From a virus (Duplodnaviria; Caudoviricetes): a stretch of DNA of 53,927 bases. The position numbers and the translations under genes are program-made. A model generated the notes under the pieces. The model did not search any database. It saw nothing but the letters and a program-made list of their open reading frames with translations, and was not told the origin of the DNA. The stretch covers positions 1 to 53,927 of IMG/VR virus record IMGVR_UViG_3300037585_001389; one strand, written 5' to 3'. This document shows positions 31,001 to 38,705 of this stretch, one piece after another (position 1 is the stretch's first letter; every line of letters begins with the position of its first letter).

Positions 31001-32093
31001 AGAAGATAGGATATCTCAACAACAAGCTTCACCTCTTGGTAAGTTTATATTAGCTTTCCAGAACACACCTATGCAATACAACAGGCTTATAAAGAAAGCC
31101 GCTATGGATTTAGTTAACGGTAGGGGTGACGCGAAAGCTAACGTGTCTAGAATAGTTTACTATGGCGCTATTCAAAACATGATCTTCTACGGTTTACAAC
31201 AAGCATTGTTTGCAGCATTATTTGGTGACGACGAAGAGGATGAGTTAACAGACAAGAAAAAAGAAAGGGTTATAAATGGAATGATGGATACGTTATTACG
31301 TGGTTCAGGTATAGCTGGAGCCGCTATATCCACGATTAAAAACGTTATCATGAAGTTCGCTCAAGAGAATGAGAAGATGGAGGATGGCGTATTCTTTACA
31401 GATCCAGATTGGGGCAATGTAGTTATTGAGGCTTTAAATATATCCCCACCAATAGGTATTAAAGCTAGGAAGATTTACAGTGGCTTAAAAACATGGGAGT
31501 ATAACAATGATGTTATCAAGCACATGAGCAAAACAGATTTAGATAATCCTATCTATGACGCTGTATCTAGTGGTGTTGAAGCTGTAACAAACTTACCTTT
31601 AAATAGGTTGTACAACAAGTATCAGAATATTAGCGAGGCTATGAACTCAGATCATGAGACTTGGAAACGTGTTGCTATGTTGCTTGGATGGAGTAAGTGG
31701 AGTTTTGGTATCAAGAACCAAGACGTGATGACGGCTAAAAATGAGGTCAAAGAAATAAGAACTGAGGAGCGAGAGGAGAGAAAGGAAGTAAAGAAGCAAG
31801 AAAGAGCAGCTAAGAAAGCTGAAGAAGAAGCTGCTATAGAGCAAGGGTTTATTGAAGATCAAAAGCAAGAAAGAGAAGACGGGAAAGAAGATATAACTTG
31901 TGCCGCTGTAAATAAATCAGGTAAACGTTGTGGTAAGAAAGTCGAAGGAGGTGGTACATACTGTACTATCCACGAGGAGGTAGAACAACGGGCTGATAAT
32001 AAAAAAGTTCAATGCTCCCATATTAAAACAAGTGGGGATAGGTGTAAAATGAAAACAACAAATAAATCTGGAAAATGTTACTACCACGACTGA
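22014..32093 (+). CDS. giant polyvalent ejection protein (hydrophobic helices, zincin, sigma-like segment, HNH-like, HAD, helical C-domain, 2 CCCH fingers)
   Basis: 3359 aa; HELLH at ~25050, YDPAKNDSLFGW...SLDAPMGE at 25820-25980, EHLKP at 28041, DFDDTL at 28947 with ILTAR and FADDAIQN, terminal CCCH repeats. Confidence 0.75.
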   Translation: MNEELERLVGVLQAQGASMSEIQNAIAQYKQTNQGGEDSNEEEVPTGPTVDADGVNVDTYIDETFWEVNKVDADGNKKLDRDSYFDEQGNFIQFQDQMRSDADYWLGYEKVLKEMETKNAVTKDAVMVEDTSSEGFIQKALEGEDENISNAAQTKYNTHVQQEIDYNNITDEERQNEAKLRKEYLTQYVKNGGNLDYYNEERLMEKDGIDTSKLPSKIESEYEANKNNYFNQKLTIAKRRWLKETGYKLDSPEGEKLLEKLEEVTLADIEGDEIKAVGKGEQSLATIFNSISNDDAEFKEAVLDTERTLERNTILRSKTSEMADAFDKSGTFSGQLPGNQTINALFGKSVQQVTIEDFALKDLETIESEAKDKSIEASLIHEQYNRVYDKLTETAADLKEIGDPKVKIEAIKAKHDLTTDKGIKAANEEITGFIDRYSDLVNDHNNGSDALKDISLAVTQIKQEMGDLAVREQDLGVFTDQIGKNHRVATQMATAFANATVDLAEGAADVVYMVNPLGALADELIDYAGEDSYLGTVVETARILAAPFTGGASMYSGKRRDDIKDAINGYQEHVSSLVAEPPRYDDIQGVGDAVEWALVAGATQAPQLAILAATGGTAGLVMMGAMSAGQKFSAMEDQRELFEKTGGLYGQDHNFATMYAASVASGAIESLSEKVTLGLMKGTGGLTTKYLFGEVGKKTAGSFFRRNILSGDALKYSAKKLIDIGEEGGSEALATIGGNYIDRLAGDKTVNILSGVNESFVTGALIGSTLVMPTVFRDAHSSFKSVEASDVMEINYARIQEQNAIINDPNSTPAARDAAVELNKELVAENASVIALDLKRVDSLTKPEKKRLVEIEVENRKIEQQALEIAQSDATQADKDKQIETLNEVYNKNLNEKNGVIAKYPADEVLRAHKQELQRLQDQSDAIEAEGGAKINVTRGQSKTDEGLVVEFDAWKKEAQKKGNVRIAASEDGTQVYGAMVPVLNNAGEVTSYEMFFNEKNIFEDGKTTTASHELLHAAVFNTIRANPVLRRRFGEAIENILDGPGVKINEEARKDLERVKQYGKTARGEEIFAIVSENMVKGNITIDGGAIGKMKDLMRRTSMATTDTDIEFNDEQDIRNFLKDYSRSRTKGVNDKRITSLFVKGAKGKLVETPATREEAKKIIEEKHEEQAKEDFQETLMASMRSQPDMRQEIDDIVKNPDGTRKYQTKEDFNRRGGVESAWMKISQSPLLDGLIQQGMVERGVPPQAMRDFTRNVKDGLMERLYKQYDPAKNDSLFGWLTGVSGGAGMSQIYRAKGDVMNAYKKDNMLNVVSLDAPMGEGTSFEATIEAETDTFMQQLEEMDMTKTREAREARKPKKVVNELNIDSKGKSNIKQAIVDANLSLEGVQYKDVKKLTTGKGAPLSSVLDIIAEKFGVDPKRIIKPSDLNGKQRKAAQSFINKNAAFLLEMLPEGETVSGEATGVANTKLGELYEKGERLKFKDGATAAGKFSQQKKSDLTVEQFKELFGIKPDGTFDNNRKHDGAIKALVNQATVLAANQALRENAMENGTSSEAVIAKLGEGRAEVMFSVKVREKVKNTFDQLYPDLIKAVANSNTGDIDSIRVGVEAVYGEILNKSEINRLVNEVYDQADEYNTISQDLKSAGTVAPLSLEQFLQDKYDSANTEKGVLKALQDKLPKDKETKKTISVGAHFLTDTKINQQRAIPGLISAEMKKQLDENGNRVYSDKQIAEMLIAHVAPMYAGAGKIADGRFIVVDGVMIKDPEWDVRKDGSPGNKWRRWNKSDVKKASDKLFANRRNLLTKAQIAALGPVPVRSYEDGGKFKYEKEYRSYQAKLSTARLKARLALEPKVGDLKLDSKGNKIPKKNRKQCCQGMPDFINILNTIGLGNIQKAGRGYTLDGVTLDTTLIPETSEARLRLAKDPNSKVFENGKKQAEDARVVVKLMLDTLYAKLNSKDDYANFAMTLTSLGSSMQAPMRRAAMFEYFMEGVEDIVANKGKASIGSITEFEHLKPQEETIGEIIHSYLTNGELDMRIFEGGGPYRPYKTGVLSKDMDNAQTDAGHKFTSPSMTRGDSRQYSLEAIRDTRIRPLRSIDPAKIDTNKEFVGREWVAMNDALAEGKNLQNDKILQGVWGNISFSKRAIPSTTGIKVTGKLGKFKTKIDVEGGFLGSLNKATLSGSTVTIQATVGSDRSEFNMVKNQPVSFDIKVGSDGNISLIKSESIADSALFNALNGWIQHRNKDFRGRDNVGVLDSLGITGRLNTRRRGGVGPINMEVTEINSPGPQQYDIPLQTEGMFSKKSAKPKGISVLDFDDTLATTKSNVWFTTPSAKGLNFELNPEDFYATLTGPEGTRVMWLNRDESTRGRGYGLIKVLDVDGKPMGSGSVVDPKMDFKEFLKKTRHQARSGGLVSNPREVKVIQGVLNAEQFAKAGKDLLAEGVEFDFSEFNKVVDGKIAPLFNKAMKLADKFGTDNMFILTARSPESAEAIKQFLDAQGLNIPIENITGLGKSEASAKANWIAEKIGEGYNDFYFADDAIQNVEAVKNMLDAFDVKGKVQQAKVEFSRRAPQEMDNIIDEGAADLDSDLNIILEESKGVSRVKRFSPAKARKRGKNKGKFKFFIPPSADDFAGLMYAFMGKGKTGDRHHKWFKENLFDPFSKGIRNLNMVKQAVANDLKRIRKAMPEVTKKLTNKIGNTEYTHGDAIRVYNWNRAGFDIPGLTETDKADLIREIEADPQLKAFADGVSSIGNMPGGLTQPGEHWLGGTIASDMTDAFKDARSVFLQQWKDNVDVIFNEANMNKIEAVYGSNFREALEDILYRMEHGGNKSRGAGRLLNNFTSWIHGSIGTTMFFNARSAVLQMISNVNFINWSDNNMMQAAAAFANQPQYWKDVAMIFNSPFLKQRRAGLKTDVNAAELLADIKDSKNKMKAATAYLLRLGFTPTQIADSLAIATGGATMYRNRVKTYTKEGLSQSEAETKAFEDMMEIAEETQQSAREDRISQQQASPLGKFILAFQNTPMQYNRLIKKAAMDLVNGRGDAKANVSRIVYYGAIQNMIFYGLQQALFAALFGDDEEDELTDKKKERVINGMMDTLLRGSGIAGAAISTIKNVIMKFAQENEKMEDGVFFTDPDWGNVVIEALNISPPIGIKARKIYSGLKTWEYNNDVIKHMSKTDLDNPIYDAVSSGVEAVTNLPLNRLYNKYQNISEAMNSDHETWKRVAMLLGWSKWSFGIKNQDVMTAKNEVKEIRTEEREERKEVKKQERAAKKAEEEAAIEQGFIEDQKQEREDGKEDITCAAVNKSGKRCGKKVEGGGTYCTIHEEVEQRADNKKVQCSHIKTSGDRCKMKTTNKSGKCYYHD

Positions 32094-33130
32094 CTTTATT
32101 AACAACTATGATACTGTCCTGCTCTTTATGCTTTGGACAGAGTTTAGCTAAAGCTTTTAAGTTTGCTACGTTTTACACAGCTGTAAATGGAGGGAACTCC
32201 ATAGCTGATCAAGATGTATGGTCTGTTACTCATGGCGGTTTGCAGAACGAAACTGTAGAGACACCATTTGATTATGCGTTTACATTTGGCGTAAGGAAGA
32301 TCGCTAGGTTTGGATATGAAAACAGGGCTAAAGTTTTCTACGATGGAACTGAAGAGTCTTGGTCTGACGGAGCGAACATAGGTAAACGTAACGGCTTAGA
32401 GTTTCTAGCAGAAGCTAAATACAAAAGGCAGATGGGTCAAGAGTTCCTTGATCAAAACCACTTCCTTAGATATGTAGGAGATGAGGTTATAGTTAAAGGT
32501 GAATACCTGCAGGATGGGTTTGCAGATATATCTTACTTTGAAACATCGGAAAGATATAGATTAAAATTAGGTAAAAAGTTTTCATTAAACCTAGGCGTAG
32601 CCCAGAGACTGTCTGAACCATATGGATACGACCCTTTAGCTGATTGGTTATTAGATAATGGAAATTTACATTATACTTATCTAGCTTTACAGGAAGGTTA
32701 TACTATGGAGTTTGACGACCAAGGAGGGATTGAGTATTGCGAGCCGTCAGGGAGGTGTGTTGCTGTTAGTTCAGAGGTTTGGGAGGCTGTAGTTATACCT
32801 GTAGTTATATCTGATTATGTAGATAGGAAGCGAGATGAGTTAAGTAACCTACTTCAATTGTCTGTAGTAGCTGGATTTGATTTCTATCACTACACAGACG
32901 AGTTCTGGTTACACGCATGGGGAAACGCTATGCCGTACCATTATAATAACGGAAACGAATTTATGTATCACAACTCAGTTGGTGGTCAATGGCTTGATTA
33001 TTCTGGTGGTCTTATATTAGGTTACAGAATAAATAAACACCTAGGGTTATTCACTGAAGGCAAGTATAATAAGTACTGGAATAGGGAGTGGTACAATTTT
33101 AAGTGTGGAGTAAACTATGTAATCTTTTAA
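32075..33130 (+). CDS. predicted outer-membrane beta-barrel protein
   Basis: Signal peptide (…SLCFG/QS), aromatic amphipathic strands, C-terminal beta-signal FKCGVNYVIF. Confidence 0.7.
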   Translation: MLLPRLTLLTTMILSCSLCFGQSLAKAFKFATFYTAVNGGNSIADQDVWSVTHGGLQNETVETPFDYAFTFGVRKIARFGYENRAKVFYDGTEESWSDGANIGKRNGLEFLAEAKYKRQMGQEFLDQNHFLRYVGDEVIVKGEYLQDGFADISYFETSERYRLKLGKKFSLNLGVAQRLSEPYGYDPLADWLLDNGNLHYTYLALQEGYTMEFDDQGGIEYCEPSGRCVAVSSEVWEAVVIPVVISDYVDRKRDELSNLLQLSVVAGFDFYHYTDEFWLHAWGNAMPYHYNNGNEFMYHNSVGGQWLDYSGGLILGYRINKHLGLFTEGKYNKYWNREWYNFKCGVNYVIF

Positions 33131-33148
33131 GTATAATAATCAATAGAC

Positions 33149-33433
33149 ATGTCAAAAGAATTAAACGAGGACACTGGGTTTCGAGTAAGTGTAAAAACGC
33201 TCATTGGGATAGGTTTTGGAATGGCCACTATTATTAGTATGTGGTTCGTACTTCAAGCAGATATAGCTGAAGCGAAAGAATTACCAGAGCCACTGCCTCC
33301 TGAAATATCAAGAATGGAGTTTGATATGAAAGATCAACTAGTACGTCAGACTATTATGAGTACTCAAGAAGATGTTAAGGAGATCAAAGATGATCTAGAT
33401 AATATAGAAAGAAAAATAGATGATTTAAAATAA
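33149..33433 (+). CDS. single-pass membrane protein with C-terminal coiled coil
   Basis: TM segment TLIGIGFGMATIISMWFVL; heptads DVKEIKDDLDNIERKID. Confidence 0.7.
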   Translation: MSKELNEDTGFRVSVKTLIGIGFGMATIISMWFVLQADIAEAKELPEPLPPEISRMEFDMKDQLVRQTIMSTQEDVKEIKDDLDNIERKIDDLK

Positions 33434-33444
33434 AATACAATATA

Positions 33445-33813
33445 ATGGAAGAGACAATCAACTTACGTGTAGTATTAACATACGCACTTCTAATGCTAAC
33501 CATGCTTACAGGTGGTGTTGCTTACGGACAAAATTTATGCGGTAGCGATATTTGCGTTGTTCAATTTAACGCTAGTTGGAATCAAAGTAATAGTATAGAT
33601 TACCTCGGCGATCTAACAGATTGTGAGGTTATGAACGTAAGTATAGACGAGGGTACGTACCAATCTGATTACGGAATAGTGGTTGTACCCACCATCATAG
33701 TTTTTAACGGAAAAGAAGTGGAGAGGTTTCAAGCTAATATCATGATGCAGCTAGAGGCTACTAGGGAAGAAGTACAAGCGGTTATCGACGAAGTAATTTA
33801 CAGCGATTTTTAA
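33445..33813 (+). CDS. exported thioredoxin-fold protein lacking CxxC
   Basis: Signal peptide ending AYG/Q; VVQFNASWNQSN in place of FxAxWCxxC; YGIVVVPTIIVF-NGKEVERF. Confidence 0.7.
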   Translation: MEETINLRVVLTYALLMLTMLTGGVAYGQNLCGSDICVVQFNASWNQSNSIDYLGDLTDCEVMNVSIDEGTYQSDYGIVVVPTIIVFNGKEVERFQANIMMQLEATREEVQAVIDEVIYSDF

Positions 33814-33814
33814 C

Positions 33815-35956
33815 ATGAGAAATTTTTTATTAGCATTATTTTTACTACCATTAACAATTTTTAGCCAAGGTAGTTGGGTTAAGATATCTGTGCAGACCGA
33901 TGATTACGGTGGCGAAACATCTTGGGAGATATATCAAGCGGGACAAGTTGTTGCCGCAAGCCCTGCTTATGCTAGCAACGCTTTACAAGAGGTTGTAGTG
34001 CCTCTTAATTCCGGTGAATATAACTTTACTATATATGATTCTTTTGGAGATGGTATATGTTGCGATTATGGACCTGGATGGTATTCCTTAACTAACTCTT
34101 GTGGTTTAGAAGTATTTGATTATGATTTTAGCGGTCCTTCAGCTACCACGTTTTTCGAGTTAGTGGACTGTGAACCACCTGTAGCTGGGTGTATGAATCC
34201 AGGAGCTTTAAACTTTAACCCTTGGGCTAATGATCAAGCGCCATGTGTATTCCCACCTGCTCCTTGTGAGTCTGGTCAAACAAATATCATAGCTTTAATC
34301 ACACCTGATAGCTATCCATCTGAAACAAGCTGGGATATAACCGCTAATGGCGAGATTATAGCATCAGGTGGAGGATACAATACAGCGGGTGTAACAACAC
34401 CAACATATGTGTGTGCGAATGAAGGAGATACCTTAATCGCTAGTATATATGATTCTTACGGAGATGGATTATGTGGAACTTGTTGGGGAGGGATAGATGG
34501 ATATTTTGATGTCACGACTTTATGTGGTGATAATATTTTTGCTATAGGTGGAGTCGAACAATTCGACACCGCATCTTCAGGACCTTATGTAGTTCCACCT
34601 TGTATACCAATAATACCTCAAGGTTGTACAGATTCAAATTACCTAGAGTATGATTCAGAAGCTATAATAGATGACAATAGCTGCTTAACCGAGGTTGTTT
34701 TAGGTTGCACACAAGAAGAAGCGTTGAACTATGATCCTGTTGCTAATACTATAGAGACTGAACCATCGTGTGATTACTCACTAGTGATTACCGACGGTGG
34801 AGCGGATGGCTGGTTTGGTAGTTGGTTGGGATTGAAACAAGGTGATAATTTATATGGACCATATCAAATGGGTCCTAATGATGGTTATGAAGAAGAGTTT
34901 GGTTTAACTTTAAACTCTAATGAAGAGATAAGCGTTTATTTTTTCACGGGTGGTAACGCGGAGACGACAGCCGCTCAGTGTGGGTTTAGAGTTGAGGGAC
35001 CTAATGGAGTGGTATTAGAAAGTGGAACTAACCCTTGGACAGATCCTTTAAAGAAGTTCCCTTATATATATACCGGTACACCCACTTGCTCTGATTACTG
35101 TATACTACCTGTTGCGGGTTGTACAGATGATGAAGCTTGTAATTACAATGACGAAGCTAATGTAGATGAAGGTTGTTTTTATTCTGTGCAGTATTACGAT
35201 TGTGATAACGAGTGTAATAATGATGGTGATGGGGATGATGTATGTGATGAACTCGAGATAGTTGGATGTATGGATCCAACTGCATTTAATTATAATGTTC
35301 TAGCGACTGATGCAGGTGATTGTGAACCGTTTATATTTGGTTGTACGGACCCAACCCAATATAACTATGATCCAGAAGCTAACACAGAAAATGGTGGCTG
35401 TATTCCTTACGTTTACGGTTGTACTAATAGTGATGCCTTTAATTATGATCCGCTGGCTAACTCTGACAACGGCTCTTGTATTGAAGTCTTGGAGGGTTGC
35501 GCGGACCCCGAAGCTTACAACTATGACACGGCGGTTAATATACCTGATCCGGAAGCCTGCCTCTATGAAGCGGTAGGGTGTGTCACAGGTCTAGGTGAGC
35601 CATATGGAGATGGTTATTGGCTCAACGATTTATGTTTCGCTTGGGTTATTGAAGTTGATTCATATTGCTGTGAAGAAGAATGGGATGCTGTATGTCAAGA
35701 GACATTTGATTATTGTCAAGTTACAGGTATAGAATCTATATTGGCTGGAGATGACCTAGTACTGTACCCTAATCCAGTTGGAGATATATTAAACATAAAC
35801 AAAAACATTGATCTAGACGTATTCGATTCTACGGGACGTCTTATCATATCAGAAATAAATACAAACGTCTTAGACGCGTCTCTATGGACCCCAGGGATAT
35901 ATACGATACGTATAATATACAACAACCGAATAATCACAAAGAAGATTATCAAATAA
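33815..35956 (+). CDS. secreted Cys/Asp-rich protein with T9SS type A C-terminal sorting domain
   Basis: Signal peptide MRNFLLALFLLPLTIFS/Q; DxYxxETSW...YDSxGDG domains; many GCTDPxAxNY repeats; LYPNPVGDILNI...STGRLI...PGIYTIRI...TKKIIK. Confidence 0.85.
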   Translation: MRNFLLALFLLPLTIFSQGSWVKISVQTDDYGGETSWEIYQAGQVVAASPAYASNALQEVVVPLNSGEYNFTIYDSFGDGICCDYGPGWYSLTNSCGLEVFDYDFSGPSATTFFELVDCEPPVAGCMNPGALNFNPWANDQAPCVFPPAPCESGQTNIIALITPDSYPSETSWDITANGEIIASGGGYNTAGVTTPTYVCANEGDTLIASIYDSYGDGLCGTCWGGIDGYFDVTTLCGDNIFAIGGVEQFDTASSGPYVVPPCIPIIPQGCTDSNYLEYDSEAIIDDNSCLTEVVLGCTQEEALNYDPVANTIETEPSCDYSLVITDGGADGWFGSWLGLKQGDNLYGPYQMGPNDGYEEEFGLTLNSNEEISVYFFTGGNAETTAAQCGFRVEGPNGVVLESGTNPWTDPLKKFPYIYTGTPTCSDYCILPVAGCTDDEACNYNDEANVDEGCFYSVQYYDCDNECNNDGDGDDVCDELEIVGCMDPTAFNYNVLATDAGDCEPFIFGCTDPTQYNYDPEANTENGGCIPYVYGCTNSDAFNYDPLANSDNGSCIEVLEGCADPEAYNYDTAVNIPDPEACLYEAVGCVTGLGEPYGDGYWLNDLCFAWVIEVDSYCCEEEWDAVCQETFDYCQVTGIESILAGDDLVLYPNPVGDILNINKNIDLDVFDSTGRLIISEINTNVLDASLWTPGIYTIRIIYNNRIITKKIIK

Positions 35957-36321
35957 TGAAGTGGATAGGCCAACATATATTTGATTACATAAGTCGCTTT
36001 AGAAACGATATATATGTTAGCGCTAAGGTTGTAGACTCAACTGGATCTTCTGGGTCTTCTGGAGATATACTAACTTCAACAGGGACCGCCACACAATGGT
36101 CCGATGCGGCTGTTACATACAACACGGTGGCTACATATACACACAATGAGACTCCCGCTGCTTCCACTTGGTCTATAACTCATAGTCTAGGGAAGTTTCC
36201 CTCAGTGACAGTTATTGACTCTAGCAACAACGTTGTATTGGGTAAAGTAACTTATACAAGTAACAACGCGTTGACGATAAATTTTACAGCGGCGTTTAGC
36301 GGCACGGCGTACCTGAATTAA
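35956..36321 (+). CDS. small tail-fibre-associated protein
   Basis: ATG at 35956 (TAATG coupling); WSITHSLGKFPSVTVID...FSGTAYLN domain. Confidence 0.65.
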   Translation: MKWIGQHIFDYISRFRNDIYVSAKVVDSTGSSGSSGDILTSTGTATQWSDAAVTYNTVATYTHNETPAASTWSITHSLGKFPSVTVIDSSNNVVLGKVTYTSNNALTINFTAAFSGTAYLN

Positions 36322-36331
36322 AAAAGAAAAT

Positions 36332-38680
36332 ATGGCAATAGATTTTTTAAATAATATAAACCTAAATAAAAACGAGCTTCAGAACGTTGTAATACATCCT
36401 CAAGGCTCTCCTCCAGGCACTCCTACAGAGGGTCAAATATACTACGACTCTACAGGGGGTGATAAAAGGCCATATTTTTACAATGGAAGCTCTTGGATAT
36501 CGTTATTAAACTCATCTACTATTTCGTTTACGGTGAACGTGAATGAACAAGAAAACAACTTAATACCATTTGTAGCAGATGGAGAAACTACCGCGGGTAA
36601 CTACGGGCTTGAGATGAACACTCTGTTTCATTATCGCCCTGAAACGGGTTTATTAACCACAACTGGTTTAACTGCTACAGGTGCTATAAACGCGGCTACG
36701 GTTACTACGTCTGGTAAGATTATTGTAAATGATGCCACAGACGCTACGACTACTGCAAATGGATCGTTACAAACTGTCGGTGGTTTATCAGTTGCGAAAG
36801 ATGTAGTTACAGGTGCTCACGTAGGTATCGGGAAAAATTTATCGTTATACTCTGACAGTTCGGTCTTCAAGATGGGAGTGAATGACGACTTTACTATATC
36901 TCATGATGGAACTACAGGGGCCACGATAGCTGGTACCCCAGTTAACATAACAGGTGGTGGAGCTTCAACTTGGAAAACGGAAGCAGGAGCTATTACTATA
37001 GACGCAGAAGCAGCAGGGATTATACTTGATGGTCACACAGGAGTCTCTATACAATCTAGTAATTCAGGTGAAGTTGATATTACTTCTGCTGCAAACATAG
37101 ACATCAACGCGGGAACAGGTGTAACTATAGACGGAACTACAATCTCTATTGATGGTACTGATGATGTGAATCTCTCAGTTACATCATCAACTGATGGAGA
37201 AGATTTAACTATTGCACAAATAGGTGCACATGATTCGTCTATTATAATCACAGCGGCTGGTACAGGTGCAGATGCTGTGAAGATCGACGCAACAGCAGGT
37301 AGTATGCTAATTGCACCAAATTTAATAGATGGAAAAACGTTAAAGATAGGACCTGCTGGTGCTACACAAATAGTTCTCACACCACACGGTACACCTGGTA
37401 GTGAGAGGATAGATATAACAAACGCCGAAGGTACCGCGGATAACGCTATCAAAATAGATGCGGTAGCTGGCGGTCTTACGTTAGCTGCGGGTAATGATTC
37501 TTTAATCATTGACGCGGACGGAACAGATGCCGACGCCCTACAAATTACTTCAGCAGGTGGTATAGACATGACATCAGCAGGTTCAGGTCTAGATATAGAT
37601 ATTACAGCAACAGGAGGTAAAGTAAACGTAGCGGCTACAGAAGATGGCGCTAATGCTATATATCTTCATGCTAATGGAGGTACTACTGAAACGATTAAAG
37701 TTCACGCAGACCAAGGTACCGGGGCTGGGTCAATAGAGTTAACTTCAGATGTTGGTAGTATTGATATAAACGCTGGTGATAATATTACCATGGACGCGTC
37801 TGATGATATTACGCTAACAACTGCTACTGCAGATGGTCTAATCACTTTACACTCCGCTTATGAAGCTGGGCAAGCAATACTGATTGATGCAAACGCACAC
37901 GCAGGTTCAATACTAGATATCGACGCTGGTATATTAGATATAGACACACAAGGAGTGGCTAGTATTGATTCGGGTGGTACGCTCAGTCTTGCTACCGCGA
38001 ATCCCGGCGTTGCTGTTACTATCGGTAATAGCACCTCAGAGGTTACAATTGGTGACAACTTAACCGTGACAGGTGATTTAACGGTATCTGGTACTACTAC
38101 AACGGTTAACTCTACTACAGTAACCATAGACGACCCTATATTTACATTAGGTGGAGATTCAGCGCCTGCATCTGATGATAACAAAGACAGAGGTATTGAG
38201 TTCAGATATCATGATGGCTCTTCAGCTTTACGAGGTTTCTTTGGTTGGGACGATAGTGCGACTGAGTTCACCGGATATACCGCTGCAACCAACACCGCAG
38301 AAGTATTTAGTGGTACAAGAATGAACGCTAACTTTGGTGTTGGCACGTTCACGTCATTAGACGTATCAGGAAACATTGATATAGACGGAACGATAACAGG
38401 TAATGGTTTTAACGCTGCTTTAGCTAAAACTTTTACTTTAAACGACGCTGAAAGTGCTGGGAATAATGTATCTTCAGAAAACAACGGTGCAGCTAGTAGT
38501 TACTTTACTATAACACACGGTATGGGTGCTAGCAGAAATTATAAAGTAGAAGTAGTACAAGTATCTGACTACGCAACAGTTTTTGCAGATGTTACAAGAC
38601 CATCTAACGAAACTATTCGGGTAACTTTCGCAACAGATGTTGATTTAGGCGATTACCTTGCTTTAGTAACTAAATGCTAG
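36332..38680 (+). CDS. tail fibre/spike protein
   Basis: G/T/A/D-rich beta-repeats (IDIxA), NLTVTGDLTVSGTTTTVNSTTVTIDDP, DRGIEFRY. Confidence 0.75.
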   Translation: MAIDFLNNINLNKNELQNVVIHPQGSPPGTPTEGQIYYDSTGGDKRPYFYNGSSWISLLNSSTISFTVNVNEQENNLIPFVADGETTAGNYGLEMNTLFHYRPETGLLTTTGLTATGAINAATVTTSGKIIVNDATDATTTANGSLQTVGGLSVAKDVVTGAHVGIGKNLSLYSDSSVFKMGVNDDFTISHDGTTGATIAGTPVNITGGGASTWKTEAGAITIDAEAAGIILDGHTGVSIQSSNSGEVDITSAANIDINAGTGVTIDGTTISIDGTDDVNLSVTSSTDGEDLTIAQIGAHDSSIIITAAGTGADAVKIDATAGSMLIAPNLIDGKTLKIGPAGATQIVLTPHGTPGSERIDITNAEGTADNAIKIDAVAGGLTLAAGNDSLIIDADGTDADALQITSAGGIDMTSAGSGLDIDITATGGKVNVAATEDGANAIYLHANGGTTETIKVHADQGTGAGSIELTSDVGSIDINAGDNITMDASDDITLTTATADGLITLHSAYEAGQAILIDANAHAGSILDIDAGILDIDTQGVASIDSGGTLSLATANPGVAVTIGNSTSEVTIGDNLTVTGDLTVSGTTTTVNSTTVTIDDPIFTLGGDSAPASDDNKDRGIEFRYHDGSSALRGFFGWDDSATEFTGYTAATNTAEVFSGTRMNANFGVGTFTSLDVSGNIDIDGTITGNGFNAALAKTFTLNDAESAGNNVSSENNGAASSYFTITHGMGASRNYKVEVVQVSDYATVFADVTRPSNETIRVTFATDVDLGDYLALVTKC

Positions 38681-38705
38681 TAAGACAATAATTTAATATA
38701 ATACA

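Noticed and set aside
22014-32093. Abundant AGCT/CTAG palindromes as evidence of restriction immunity
   Set aside because: Not quantified, and explainable by preference for GCT/CTA/TTA codons
34180-35580. Repeats as a CRISPR array or DGR variable/template repeats
   Set aside because: They are degenerate protein-coding GCTD repeats; no reverse transcriptase or identical spaced repeats were seen
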